Assembly: GCA_036630325.1 (NCBI GenBank)
Contig: CP142732.1
Coordinates: 682,001-746,000 of the forward strand
Length of the DNA stretch: 64,000 bases
Origin: Vairimorpha necatrix
Taxonomy: Eukaryota
Reading direction: 5' to 3'
Below the pieces are notes generated by a model. It did no database searches. It saw nothing but the letters and a program-made list of their open reading frames with translations, and had not been told where the DNA came from. Both the position numbers and the translations under genes were made by a program. Position 1 is the first letter of the stretch. Each line of letters opens with the position of its first letter. Positions 1 through 11,868 of the stretch are shown here, piece after piece.

Positions 1-2
1 AA

Positions 3-3000
3 GTGGATGATACACGTCATAAAGAAATTTCGCGTGGAGATTATGTGGATGTAAAAGCGATTAGCTGCAAGGACCACGATAGAAAGATTTGGACTTCTAA
101 AAGGAACAAAGAAAAGAGATGTTTTATTTGCGGAAAGAAAGGCCATACAGTAGCACGGTGTAAATTCAATAGTTACCGTAGAGATATTAGCGAATCCAAG
201 AAACCCCAAGAAGAAGAAGGATAAAATAAGAAGATGGATGTAAAGGAATTTATTTATAATTACTCTGTTGCAAAGGTCAAGGATGATAGGACTACGCTCA
301 AAGAAGCTCACTGAATAATTCGGAAGTTAAATTTAAAGCGCTCATCGATACTGGTGCTGATATAAATCTAATTAGACCAGAGATTTTGCCAAATAAAACC
401 GTTGTTAATCGTTCTAAACAACAGCTTAGGGCAGCCAATGGATCGAAAATAAGGATCATTGGAGAAACAGTAGTTAAAATAAAAATTGAGGGAATGATAT
501 TTGAAGATAAATTCATTATTACTAGGGATATCACAATTCCCTGCATTATAGGAAAGGGGTTGCTCAACATGTACAAGATAAATTTAAAATTTGGAAATAA
601 CAAAATGGAAATTGAATCTGGACTCTTGGCAAAGGGAAAAGCCATAGGATATCATAAAATTATCACAAAGGATGATAACCCAATACTATTTCAATTATAC
701 AAATTGGGGGAGCAAAAGAGGATATTGCGTCCCAAATAGTGAAAGAGTATCTAAAACGTGGAATAGTTAGACATAGTGTAAGCGCATGGAGAAGCCCGAT
801 AATTATAGTCCCTAAAAAGAATGGAGACCACAGATTATGTGTGGATTATCGAAGATTAAATGATGCGACTATTAGAGATGCGTATCCAATGCCTAGAGTA
901 GAAGAGTTCATCAACGCTTTAGAGGGAGCAACATACTTTACTAAATTAGATGCTGAATCGGGCTATCACCAAATAGATATGGCGCCTTGTGATATTGAGA
1001 AGACAGCCTTTGCCTGTAGAGAAGGCTTATTTGAATTTACCAAAATGCCATTTGGACTTGTTAATGGCCCAGCTACATTTCAGCGGGTGATGAATGGTAT
1101 ATTGAGGGAATTTTTGTTTAAGTTTGTTGTAGTATACATGGATGATATACTAATCTATAGTAAAACTGAAGAAGATCATAAGAGAGATGTTCAAATGGTA
1201 CTAGAAAAGCTCAAGTCGGTAGGGCTTAAACTTAATAAGGAGAAATGCGAATTTAATAAGACCGAATTAAAAATTTTAGGTCATGTAATATCAAAAGAGG
1301 GAATAAGTGTGGACGAAGAAAGAGTTAGGAGCATTCAACAGTTACCAATTCCTAAAAGTAAGAAGAAATTACAATCTTTGTTGGGGCTGTATAATTATTG
1401 CTCTAAATTTATTAAAAACAGCCATAAAGTGGTTAGCCCACTATTCGATATAATAAGACTCAAGAATGAGGACGCTGATATTTTTTGGAAAAATGCAGAG
1501 AATGATGCAAAATACTGTAAGGCAATCGAAGAGGTAAAACAGGCAATGAAGAGAACAGCTTTATTGACAATTCCAAATTTAAAGGATAAATTTATATTGA
1601 CTACGGATGCATCGAATGAGGGAAGTGGGGCAACATTGGCTCAGATGGTCGGAGGAAAAGAAAAGATTATTTCTTATTACAGCTCTTTACACTCCAAGAC
1701 AGAAAAAAACTATTCTACTACTGAGCAAGAATTGCTAGCAGTTATAAAATCGATTCAAAACTTCAGGGAATATTTATTATTGGGGAAATTTACGCTAAAA
1801 ACGGATCATCAAGCTTTAAAATATTTGTTTAAGTCTAGGAATGTAAAAGCTAGGTTGGCTAGATGGTCATTACTGCTACAAGAATATGATTTCGACATTG
1901 AATATATTACAGGACCATCAAAACATACAGATCACCTAAGCAGAGATTTTTAAAACAGGAGGAGATAGTTTCAGAAATAAGTTCAATACAAAGGAAAATA
2001 GTTAAAAAAGAAAGGACAATAGTGCTATTAAAGTTTTACCATGATTTATTAGGGCATGGATCAAAACAAAATATGAAATATAATATTGGTCGAAAATTTA
2101 CTTGGAAGAATATGAGTAGAGACATAGAAAATTATGTAGATAATTGTGAAATTTGTCAAAAAGAAAAACCTCAGAGAAAATTTAGAGATATTATACCATT
2201 AGTAACAAAGACAATAGGAGAAATTTGGGAAGTAGACATAGTAGGGCCCTTGAGAGAAAGCGAGCAAGGATATAAATTTTTATTGACAATGATTGATCAC
2301 TTTTCGAAAATTGCAGAGGTGGTGCCGATTTATACAAAAGATATGAATACGGTTATTTATCTGGTAGATAAACATATAGTCAGGAAGTATGGTATTCCAA
2401 AGGCAATTCTATCTGATAATGGTAAAGAATTCAAAAATAATATCTGTGAGGAATATGCGAAATCCAAAAAATTCATCTGGAAATATGGTTCCCCTTATAA
2501 ACCTACAACCACGGGGCTTGTTGAGAGGTTTAACAGGACAATAGCCATAAAATTAAGGAAGGTTACAGAATTTGGGAAATTTGATTGGGCGAAATGTGTC
2601 CCTAAAGTAGTCAGAGCCTATATGCAATCATATCATAGGGCTATAGGGTGTGCACCAATAGAACTCTTAACAGGAATAGTTCCAAATAAGATAGATATAC
2701 AGGAAGGAATGCATCTAACAAAGGATAAGAAAGAGTTTCAGGAGCAGGCGATTAAGAACTTGGAAGTTTACAGACAAGAATATGACACGGGTAAACAAGC
2801 TAATTCTGTTGATAAAGAGGCCATTAAGGTGGGAGATAGAGTTTGGTATTATTTAATTTTACCGTTTAGAGGAAAACTCGAACCAAAATGGGAAGGAAAA
2901 GGAGTGGTAGTAGATAAAAAATTTCATTCATATAAAGTTTTATTAGATGATGGAAAGACTGTTACAGCAAGCCGAAATCATGTTAAGCTTTTAAAGGAGG

Positions 3001-3005
3001 GGTAG
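3..3005 (+). pseudogene. gag-pol polyprotein split into four ORF pieces (3-224 gag, ~290-739 protease, 739-1953 RT/RNase H, ~1955-3005 integrase)
   Basis: Domains are consecutive but in different frames, with shifts near 230, 720 and 1950. Confidence 0.85.
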
Positions 3006-3115
3006 TGTAGGAAGTGCTACACATGTCAAATATATGGTGTCATTGTTTTGACATATTTGACATGTCGTTTCTTTAAATATTTTATAATAATTAAACCCAT
3101 GTTTTTATCCCAACA
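3006..3115 (+). repeat. Probable 3' LTR (~110 bp, TG...CA)
   Basis: Starts with TGT directly after the PPT; contains a hairpin (ACATGTCAAATAT/ATATTTGACATGT) and CCCATG. The end at CCCAACA is inferred because the 5' LTR is not in the window. Confidence 0.55.
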
Positions 3116-4161
3116 GTATATATGCTATTTTATTAAAAGTCCAAAGTCCACATATTGTAGTATCTTTCTTGTTATTTTTATCTGATATATTGTCTTTTAA
3201 AAAATTAAACTATTTAATAATGCTTTTTTGTTGCCACTAGCAATGCTTAAAAAGCATAAAACTTTTTTATAAATATAAATTAAAAAAACATTATGTTGTA
3301 TATCCTACAATAACCTACATTTATTTTGAGTTAAAATGCAAATTAAAATTTATTGCGGGGTTTCATAGTAAATATTACTGTTTGGTGCAGTGCAAGTTAA
3401 AATACTTACTTTTTGTATTTAAAAACTCAATATTATTTTGAGTCTGAAAAGGACATTTCCAGATATTAATAAATTAATAATTTAAAATTTTCTAAAATGC
3501 TCTAATACTTCACAAAATAATCTATAAACAGGATGCTAAAACCTTATGTAAAAGATTTGCTATATTTTATATTCTTAATATGTCTTATTTAGCTATAATT
3601 AGATATGAATTTATTTTGAATACAGAGTTTTTAATTTAGATACTTTATCATTACATTTATATTCCGTGAAATTATATTCTTATATTTATAGGCGAAAAAT
3701 ACGCCATTTTACTCTCCATTACTCAATACCAAGGCGGAGAATGCCTATAGAATAGTAGGCGCTACTTCATTTTCTTGCCCCCCCCCCTAAAAAAAACATA
3801 CATAAAAAGATACAAAATCGTGTTATTTTTCAAATCTAAACATTTTTTTTTTTTGAGGGGGGCAAGAAAATGAAGTTAAGGTATTTTTTGTCGATTTGAG
3901 ATTTTTTAAATGCCTCCTTCAGATTCCTCATTAAGGGGTTAAAAAAATTTAATTTTTTAATCCTTAATAAGAAATTTAAAGGAAGCTATTCGGGAGCTAA
4001 ATATCTGCGAAGTTGCTGCTTTAGGCACAATGAAGCAGCAATTGATTTTTTTTTAAATAATGGTCTTCTAAAAAGATCGATTGCTTGCAGACATTGTTCG
4101 ACATCAGAACGAACTGTTCTTATGAACATTAATGGATGTTCCGGCTAAATTGACGGTAAAG

Positions 4162-4431
4162 TGTCATGTCCTCAAAACCATGACATCTGTGTTTTACTGT
4201 GTTAAAACTTAAATCAGTAAAACACTGCCCCGAACGAATAGTCTAAGGCGGAGATCTCTAACGATCGGACATGAAACGTTGTGTTTCATAAATAAATATA
4301 AATAGTCCAAAAAAGTTAGAAGACACCGAGCATGAAGAGTAACTTTAATAACAAATCAAATAAAAAGAAATATAATACAAATATTTTAGAAATGTATTTA
4401 AAAAACGGAGATATTACTCCGGTTCATGTCA
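4162..4431 (+). repeat. 5' LTR (270 bp)
   Basis: Direct repeat of 6708-6977. Confidence 0.95.
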
Positions 4432-5252
4432 TTTTGAATTCAAAGACATTAAATGAACAAAACGAAAAACGAAATAACGAAGATGACTATATACAAGTCA
4501 AAATCAAAGTTCCAGACTCGGACCTGGAATTTACGAAGAAATTAAAAATAATAAAAAACATCGAAAAATTCGATTTCATTCCTTGGTTTAAGGTATTTGA
4601 AGAAATAGCCACACAGAACAAATGGAATGCTGAACAAGGCATCATGATACTACGAAATTTAATTACTGATCGACGCCTAGAAGCGGATATTTTCATTACA
4701 GATGCAGCAACAACCAAAAGAAACTTAATTAAACATATTTTTGAGCAAGATGCTAAAGAAATGTTGCAAGAAGCCTTTAAGGTAAAACAAATAGATTTTC
4801 TTTTTATAGAAAACTATTATGAAAAGATTTACAACAAGATAAGTATCTATAGCGCTTATTACGAAATAAGCAAATCGGAATTTAACAGACATTTAAGCGA
4901 ATGCTTTTATCAAGGGTTAGGAAGAAACTCTACGTTTGAAATAATAAAACATAACTTAGGCGAGAACGTCTTAAATGCTTATAATCACCTAAAAAATATT
5001 GAGAAAATGATTCGAAAGAAAGCAGAAACTAAGAAAATAAACAAGGTGTCTAATGACGAGCCAGTATATCAAGAAAGAGAAGGATCATACAGTAAAAAGT
5101 TTTCAAACAAGACGAATAACCCAAGATCTTCGTATATAAATAAATGGTGTTCTATACACAAAACACTAGCCACGACACCAAAGACTGTTATTACAATAAA
5201 GACCGACAAAATGAAAATAAGAAGAAAGAAACGAGAGAAAATCTTAAGATAA
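4332..5252 (+). CDS. Gag-like protein; frameshifts into the PR-IN frame near 5160
   Basis: First ORF of the LTR element, ATG lies inside the LTR; ends in the first half of a zinc knuckle (WCSIH). Confidence 0.7.
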   Translation: MKSNFNNKSNKKKYNTNILEMYLKNGDITPVHVILNSKTLNEQNEKRNNEDDYIQVKIKVPDSDLEFTKKLKIIKNIEKFDFIPWFKVFEEIATQNKWNAEQGIMILRNLITDRRLEADIFITDAATTKRNLIKHIFEQDAKEMLQEAFKVKQIDFLFIENYYEKIYNKISIYSAYYEISKSEFNRHLSECFYQGLGRNSTFEIIKHNLGENVLNAYNHLKNIEKMIRKKAETKKINKVSNDEPVYQEREGSYSKKFSNKTNNPRSSYINKWCSIHKTLATTPKTVITIKTDKMKIRRKKREKILR

Positions 5253-6697
5253 TCAAAGAACCAATAAAAGTAATAAATGGAATTGAATTAGAAGGTTCAA
5301 TTGAAAAGAAAGAAACCAGATTTTTAATCGATACTACAGGTGCCACAAGAAATTTTATTAGTAATAAAAAGATCAAAGAATTGAAATTATCACCCATTGA
5401 AGATGTGGAAATCCAAACAAAATTTGCCAATGAGCAAAAAGAAATAACTAACAAAACAGTACTTGTTAGAATAACATTAAAGAATCTAATGAAAGAAAAA
5501 TACGTAAGATTTTATATATTAAAAAACAACAGCGATGATGTAATATTAGGAAATGAATTCCTAGTCGCAAATGAAGCAATAGTAAATTACAAAGAAGGAA
5601 CAATTTATGTAGGAAGTGAGAGATTGAAATTTCTACATAACGACGAATGTTGCGAATTAGACGCAATGTTATTTGAGAAAATGAATGTGTGCAAACAGGT
5701 AGATGAATGTGCATTAAAAACAGAAAATAAAAAGAACTTTAAAAAAGATGAAAAAGAAAGAATTTATATTGACAGAAAAATGACTAAAGAATTTATTAAA
5801 TTTGTCCACGAATTGTCGGGACATTGCGGGCAAGTAATCATGTATTTAAACTTAAAAAGATGGTACAACATCATAAACATTAGAACAGTTATCCGCAAGA
5901 TATGCAATCAGTGTATCGTATGTAAAGAAAACAAGGATTTTAAACAACAGAATCTAGAAAGAAATAAAATAGATAGCAGTGCACCATTTGAAATAATAAG
6001 CACAGATATTTTTGGTCCTTTTCTCCTGGAGGAGTTTGAGGGCGACTCTCTAAACCATAAGGGTTATATCTTGACCATAACCGATGTGTTTTCGAGATTC
6101 ACGAGAATTTGGTTTGGTGAGAAGTTTAGGAGTGAGGAAGTTATTATGTGTTTAAACGAATGGAGTGATGATTTTGCGAAGCCTAAAGCGCTAATTTCGG
6201 ACAATGGTCCGCAATATAAAAGTAAAAAAATGAAAGATTATACTAATAAAATACAAATCGAACATCGTCTAATACCGATATATTACCCCCAAAGCAATGG
6301 AATTTCAGAACGTATAAATCAAACAATTGCAGAAGTGCTGAGAATGAATATAGGAAAGAATATAAAACACATTATTATGCAAATTGAACATCGGATAAAT
6401 AATAATGTTAATACCACACTGGGAATTGCGCCTAGAGAAGCAATTTATAAGAATAGTTTTTATGACATTGAGAAAAGGGTTAATGTGCCATTTTTGCGAA
6501 ACATACCTGCAGTTGAAGTGAACTATAAGCGACGTATCGCAGTAAATGACATTGTATACTTAAAAAATTATAGCAATAATAAACTCGAGCGGAAATACTA
6601 TGGGCCGTTTAAAGTTATGGAAATCGGTAAGAAAGGAAGTTGGGTTCGACTTAAAGACATGCCCAACTGGGTTCATATTAAACAGTTGAAGCTGTAG
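5144..6697 (+). CDS. Aspartic protease fused directly to integrase
   Basis: FLIDTTGATRNFIS and ILGNEFL protease motifs, then HELSGH...CNQCIVC, STDIFGP, ISDNGPQY, SNGISER and YYGPF; no YxDD motif. Confidence 0.88.
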   Translation: MVFYTQNTSHDTKDCYYNKDRQNENKKKETRENLKIIKEPIKVINGIELEGSIEKKETRFLIDTTGATRNFISNKKIKELKLSPIEDVEIQTKFANEQKEITNKTVLVRITLKNLMKEKYVRFYILKNNSDDVILGNEFLVANEAIVNYKEGTIYVGSERLKFLHNDECCELDAMLFEKMNVCKQVDECALKTENKKNFKKDEKERIYIDRKMTKEFIKFVHELSGHCGQVIMYLNLKRWYNIINIRTVIRKICNQCIVCKENKDFKQQNLERNKIDSSAPFEIISTDIFGPFLLEEFEGDSLNHKGYILTITDVFSRFTRIWFGEKFRSEEVIMCLNEWSDDFAKPKALISDNGPQYKSKKMKDYTNKIQIEHRLIPIYYPQSNGISERINQTIAEVLRMNIGKNIKHIIMQIEHRINNNVNTTLGIAPREAIYKNSFYDIEKRVNVPFLRNIPAVEVNYKRRIAVNDIVYLKNYSNNKLERKYYGPFKVMEIGKKGSWVRLKDMPNWVHIKQLKL

Positions 6698-6707
6698 GGG
6701 GGCAGAC

Positions 6708-6977
6708 TGTCATGTCCTCAAAACCATGACATCTGTGTTTTACTGTGTTAAAACTTTAATCAGTAAAACACTGCCCCGAACGAATAGTCTAAGGCGGTGA
6801 TCTCTAACGATCGGACATGAAACGTTGTGTTTCATAAATAAATATAAATAGTCCAAAAAAGTTAGAAGACACCGAGCATGAAGAGTAACTTTAATAACAA
6901 ATCAAATAAAAAGAAATATAATACAAATATTTTAGAAATGTATTTAAAAAACGGAGATATTACTCCGGTTCATGTCA
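6708..6977 (+). repeat. 3' LTR (270 bp)
   Basis: Direct repeat of 4162-4431. Confidence 0.95.
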
Positions 6978-6982
6978 TAAAG

Positions 6983-7707
6983 CTTATCGTTGTGTTAATA
7001 AAAAGTGTAGTTCGAAGAGCTCACTTAAAAATGGTACGATGTTTAAAGGGATAAGCGTTTAATTTCACAAAATTCTTAGAGCATTCTATGGCTGGGTATT
7101 AAATTATACTACTTACCAAGCAATATATCTTTGCAAAATATGTGAAAATTCATATATTAAAATCAAGGATACAGTGATGGAAATCATTGCTTCTAAAAGC
7201 GATGATAGCTACCAAAATGGTCGAACTTCTGTTCGTGTACAATTTGATGAAACCGCCATATGCAACGGGGTAATTGTATCCAATCCTTCTTGAACTTTTG
7301 ATTCCATGCCTGGAATTCAATGGATTATAGGCGGCATAGTAGAAGGTAATTGTAGAGAATTTGTTCTTGAATTGCTACCGAATCGACAATCTAGTACTAT
7401 TAAAAACTTTTTTAGACGCAGAGTAAAACGTGGCTCCATTATAATTACTGATGGATACCCTTCATACCCTTCAGCCTCAAGAAATTTTGGGAGTGAACAT
7501 TACATAGTAAATCATTCGCTTGGATTTATAAATGCAGAAGGAGACCACACAAATAATATAGAAAATTTGTGGTCCCATTTGAAAAATGAATATAGATCGA
7601 GAAGTGGGCTTAAATGGCATAGGATAAATTTATTACTAAAAGAATTTGCTTGGAAAAAAGAAATATCAATCATTCTAATAATTATGATCATAAGTGTGTT
7701 TATATAA
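6983..7707 (+). pseudogene. Merlin transposase C-terminal part; N-terminal remnant at ~3990-4161
   Basis: VQFDETA, IITDGYPSY, VNHS and HTNNIENLW motifs; stops and frameshifts upstream of 7306. Confidence 0.88.
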
Positions 7708-8871
7708 AAATTTTAGAACAGTGTAAGTTGGAATAAAAAAAATTTCTTCTAAATAATTTTTTTTTTCTAGGGGGGGGGCAAGAAAATGAAGTAGCGCCGA
7801 ATAGTAGTCTATATCTACAGCATTTCTCGGTCACTTAATTTATACCATGACAAATATTACTATGCTTTTTACAATCAATATACAAGATTTGACGAAGATA
7901 TAAATATTATATTGATGATCTATAAGCAATACAATAAATTTTTTACAAGGAAAATTTTGTGTAATGTCATAAAAGAACCAAACAAATGAATTACAACTGT
8001 TGAAAATGTACAGAAAGACTGTTTGTTATATTTTACATTTCTATAAGAACTAGGCAATTTTGATACTTTACAAGACATTATGTTATTTGAAAAAAAAAAC
8101 AAAATCCCCAAAGTATCATAAAGCCACGGAAACAGTATATTATATGGCCACTAAATGTAATTATATGCTTGCACATGATTATATAAGGCGACACTGATCT
8201 GTATCTTCTTACAGTTGTGTAAGCACATTGAATTATTATGCCTAAAGAATTATAACAACTTAGACCAGTAATAAATAGCTACGAACAATTTAAGATACGA
8301 TTGGGAGTTAAGAATCAATTACAAAATAATGCATAACAAGCCTGTGCACTATTTGATTTAGAAAATTATAAGTCTTAACAAAATCATGCGATAGAAATGA
8401 AAATAAGAATAACCATGACTTTCTACCAACACAGGTAAAACCCCCTAGTTAATCGAAGCATCCTATTACATTTATGTATTTACAAGGGCGGATTGAGATT
8501 ATTTTATCACACCCACGAAGAAGTTTCCTCTTTAATCTCCGACTGAGCATTATACCGAACAAAATTCCCTAAAAAATTTAATCACCACTTGTGTCAAGCA
8601 GACATGGATTTGATAATGTTGACGTAAGATATTTTACATAAGAAGACTAAATTATGCAATTTTCTCTGCCTCATCTTTTAAAAGAGAAGAATAAATTTTC
8701 TCCGTTGAAAATATTGTAGCACACATAGGTTGTTTAAAACAAGAATATTATTTATTCTGATATTTGGTTCTTTAAAATCATTTTTTTTTAGGTTATGTTT
8801 TCACTGGACCACACCTTTGTAAAAAGTATATAAATAATATTTAAGTGTAATCAAATATATTTATTTTTCAT

Positions 8872-9381
8872 TTAGTCTTTATATAATCCTTTTGATATAT
8901 TAAAAGGATTATAATTGTATCTTTTCGTATGTTGATACAGCGAATTTATTGTAAAAACAAGCATCATACAAAAATAAATCGCCAGAATTGGTGTGTACAC
9001 AGGAATATCGAAAATACTAAAACAAGATGCGAATAAAGCGAAAGTGACTACTTTAGTACTAAAAAGCCAGTAGTCAAATTCTGGTAAATTTCTTGTTATA
9101 GGTTTAAATTGATTGTCTATTAGTTCACTTTCAAAAGTGTCCCCTTCGTCTTGGTCGTAATTTTCGAATGGGTCCGCAATATTTTCCCCTTTAGGCGTTA
9201 AAAATAGAATTGTCCCGTGTATCAGATAAATACCCAAGACATAAGTTAATAAATAAAAAGATTCTTTAAAATATATTCTGAGTAGATATATTAGTAGTAA
9301 TAGGCCAGTGATACCCCATCTGATAGAAGGAAGAGGAGCAAGTTGATCTAAATATATTTGAGTTAACACAGTCAAATCCAT
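8872..9381 (-). CDS. RER1: Golgi-to-ER retrieval receptor Rer1
   Basis: Hydrophobic segments, FLTPK and FKPITRNLPEFDYW motifs. Confidence 0.9.
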   Translation of the reverse strand: MDLTVLTQIYLDQLAPLPSIRWGITGLLLLIYLLRIYFKESFYLLTYVLGIYLIHGTILFLTPKGENIADPFENYDQDEGDTFESELIDNQFKPITRNLPEFDYWLFSTKVVTFALFASCFSIFDIPVYTPILAIYFCMMLVFTINSLYQHTKRYNYNPFNISKGLYKD

Positions 9382-9790
9382 AGAATTTTAGAGGGGTAAA
9401 AAAAAGGACAATAATTTTTCATTTTAAAATTTCAAATTTTTAAATTTAATGAATAGTTTGAATTTTGAGCGACTGCTTGACGAAGTTAACAGTTTCTCAT
9501 AATTTTATCTCCTCCTTGCGACGAGGGTAGAAATTTCCCCTTTACATTTATTTTTGAAAGCTGGCCTTTTTCTAAGTAGTCTGAAAAATTAGTAAGTTTT
9601 CAAGGGCTTTTTATTTAGGCAGTTGATTTCTTTGGGCCCTTTAAAAATTATGAAGTGTTCTAGGTCGACGACGCTGTCCAAGAAATATTTGATAGACATA
9701 AAATGATTATTCAAATCATCCCCTTAATAAAAGTCATCTTTCTCCTTTATTTCCCTTTTTTATATTTATTTTTGCCCTGTTAAGAAATAA

Positions 9791-10507
9791 ATGGATTTGA
9801 TTATTGGATTATTTATCATACTGGGAAATATAAGTGCATTTGTAGAAAACTATGAGAATTATGACTTAATAAACGAAGTAAATGAATATATAAATAATTA
9901 TCATACTCTTAATCCTCTGTCAGAACAGACAAGTCTTTATAAAAATGCTTTTAAATATAAATATTTACCACTTGGTCTAAATATAAATTCAGTAAAATTG
10001 ACCAGTATTTTTTTATGGTGTGCAGATTTGATCAGTGAAAAACATTTCTACAAAATTAATAAAATATTTGATTCTGAGTCAGAATATGAAGAATCTAAAA
10101 ATGAATGTTTATTTAAAATCAAAATGTGTACAAATAAGAATATATTTGTAAAAGAACTTGATAATAAAGAAACATCAAAAACAAAATGTGAAAAAAAGAA
10201 GAAAATTCATTTTTCTAAATTAGATCTTTTTAATAATTTGGTAGAAATGCATTTTTATATCTTTAATACTGATTTTACTAGTAATATTGACATATTAAAA
10301 ATTTATGAATTTATAAATTTTATAAATTCCTTGAAATTTCTAGAGAAATTTCAGACAAGATTCGTCAATGTTTTGGGGAAGAATCAATATTTTAAATTGA
10401 CACTTCCTGAATTTTATATTTTAGGAATGTGGTCATATTTAAGAAATATGAATGAGAAAGAGAAGTCTATGGGGATAAATGAGAAAAATATAAGTTATAT
10501 TAAATAA
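9791..10507 (+). CDS. Hypothetical protein with N-terminal signal-peptide-like segment
   Basis: 238-aa ORF, CCC motif upstream, hydrophobic N-terminus. Confidence 0.7.
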   Translation: MDLIIGLFIILGNISAFVENYENYDLINEVNEYINNYHTLNPLSEQTSLYKNAFKYKYLPLGLNINSVKLTSIFLWCADLISEKHFYKINKIFDSESEYEESKNECLFKIKMCTNKNIFVKELDNKETSKTKCEKKKKIHFSKLDLFNNLVEMHFYIFNTDFTSNIDILKIYEFINFINSLKFLEKFQTRFVNVLGKNQYFKLTLPEFYILGMWSYLRNMNEKEKSMGINEKNISYIK

Positions 10508-10775
10508 AACGAAATTTATTATATTAAAAATATAAGTTATATTTAAAATGAAATTTTTTAAAAAAATAAGTTATATTAGATAAATTTATTTTCTATATAA
10601 GAAAAAAATAAGTTATATTTAAAATAAAATTTATTATATAAGAAAAATATAAGTTATATTTAAAATAAAATTTTTTATATAAAAACAATATAAGTAATAT
10701 TGAATAAATTATTTATTAATACATTGATTTATTATATAAGTTTATAAATTAATACATTGATCTATTATATAAGTA
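10485..10775. repeat. Degenerate AT-rich tandem repeat (core AAAAATATAAGTTATATT)
   Basis: About six spaced copies starting at the end of the upstream ORF. Confidence 0.7.
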
Positions 10776-10953
10776 CTATTTCTTAGATTTAGTGATATAT
10801 ATATTATGGTGAGTGTAGATGACTAAAGTGTTTAGTTTTTCAAGGGTCAATTTAATGAGGCCATTTTTATGAGTTTGTTCATAATTTGTTTGTCTGACAA
10901 ACAAAGTCCCCTAAAATATATATCATTAATAAACTCTCGACCTTTAATTCGTG

Positions 10954-11868
10954 TTATATCATAAATATGTCATTCTCTGTTGTTTCCCCTACTCCATTCT
11001 CATAATTATACCCACTACCTATTACAAGTCTCTCCCCATAACTCGCCATTTTTATTATTCCCTGTTTATTCTTAAATATTTTATTACATTTCAATTTCCC
11101 ATCTTCTTTCCATTTGTTCACTACCCCGTCACTCCCACAAGAATATAAATTCCCTTCATTTATAATACAATTCACCGGATAAACTTTCTTTACATTCCCT
11201 TGTATTTCAAAATGTGCATTTATTATTATTTCTTCTTTAGTATCTAAATTATGTATCTTCATTTTCCCTTCTACATCACCAATATACAACTTATTTTCTC
11301 TAATACATATTGTTCTTATTTGTTTTTTGTTATTTATTTCTCTTAGTACTTTAAAATTCCTTATGTCGTAAATTTTGATCTTATTTCCATAATTTAGTAC
11401 TAGTTCAGTATTGATAAGTAACGAATTATAAACTTTATCTTCTAGATTTATAGACTTGAAGAGGCCTCTTTCACTGTATAACCAGAGTTTATTGGTGTAT
11501 CCGCCTATTATAAACATATTTTTGAATGTATTTATGGTACTAATACCAGGTAAATTAAATTTTATTTTTTTTGTGTTTTGTTTATGCTGATCATAAAAAT
11601 TCAGATTTCCGCATGAATCAGCATAAATCAAGTTATCAAAATTAATAGAATCTTCAGAATATATCAAGTTTTCAGAATAAATAGAATTTTCAGAATGAAG
11701 CATTTTGAGGATTGGAGAAGTATTTTGGATTTTATGAATTAGAGATTGTGCATTAAAATCATAGAGATAAATGAAATTATCCCATGAGGATATGTAGATT
11801 TTTTGGTCTTTGATAAGTATATCAGAAATGGTATCTTTAGGAGATTCCTTGAATTTTATGACTACCAT
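10954..11868 (-). CDS. BUB3: WD40 protein, Bub3-like (Bub3/Rae1 family)
   Basis: SSWD, VYPVN and GSDG motifs; C-terminal SGYNYE...IF resembles Bub3 more than Rae1; start placed at the ATG after the CCC motif. Confidence 0.7.
   Translation of the reverse strand: MVVIKFKESPKDTISDILIKDQKIYISSWDNFIYLYDFNAQSLIHKIQNTSPILKMLHSENSIYSENLIYSEDSINFDNLIYADSCGNLNFYDQHKQNTKKIKFNLPGISTINTFKNMFIIGGYTNKLWLYSERGLFKSINLEDKVYNSLLINTELVLNYGNKIKIYDIRNFKVLREINNKKQIRTICIRENKLYIGDVEGKMKIHNLDTKEEIIINAHFEIQGNVKKVYPVNCIINEGNLYSCGSDGVVNKWKEDGKLKCNKIFKNKQGIIKMASYGERLVIGSGYNYENGVGETTENDIFMI

Larger units (their letters stand above)
1..3115 (+). mobile_element. Ty3/Gypsy LTR retrotransposon with canonical gag-PR-RT-RH-IN order; 5' part lies outside the window; degenerate
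   Basis: Zinc knuckle CFICGKKGHTVARC, protease LIDTGA (DTG at 347-355), RT YMDD, RNase H TDAS/TDH, integrase HHCC and D,D,E; polypurine tract AAAGGAGGGGTAG ends at 3005 and is followed by TGTAG. Confidence 0.93.
4162..6977 (+). mobile_element. LTR element (2816 bp) encoding Gag, protease and integrase but no RT/RNase H
   Basis: 270-bp LTRs at 4162-4431 and 6708-6977 (TG...CA, 2 mismatches seen); 5-bp TSD TAAAG at 4157-4161 and 6978-6982; PPT AGGGGGGCAGAC before the 3' LTR. Confidence 0.93.
3758..7798 (+). mobile_element. Merlin (IS1595-like) DNA transposon, interrupted by an LTR element
   Basis: TIR GGCGCTACTTCATTTTCTTGCCCCCCCC and its reverse complement ending at 7798; 8-bp TSD GAATAGTA at 3750-3757 and 7799-7806; DDE transposase remnants. 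Confidence 0.93.

Noticed and set aside
9440-9720. Possible ncRNA or small ORF between RER1 and the 9791 gene
   Set aside because: Slightly GC-richer, but no recognisable snRNA/RNase P motif and no convincing ORF
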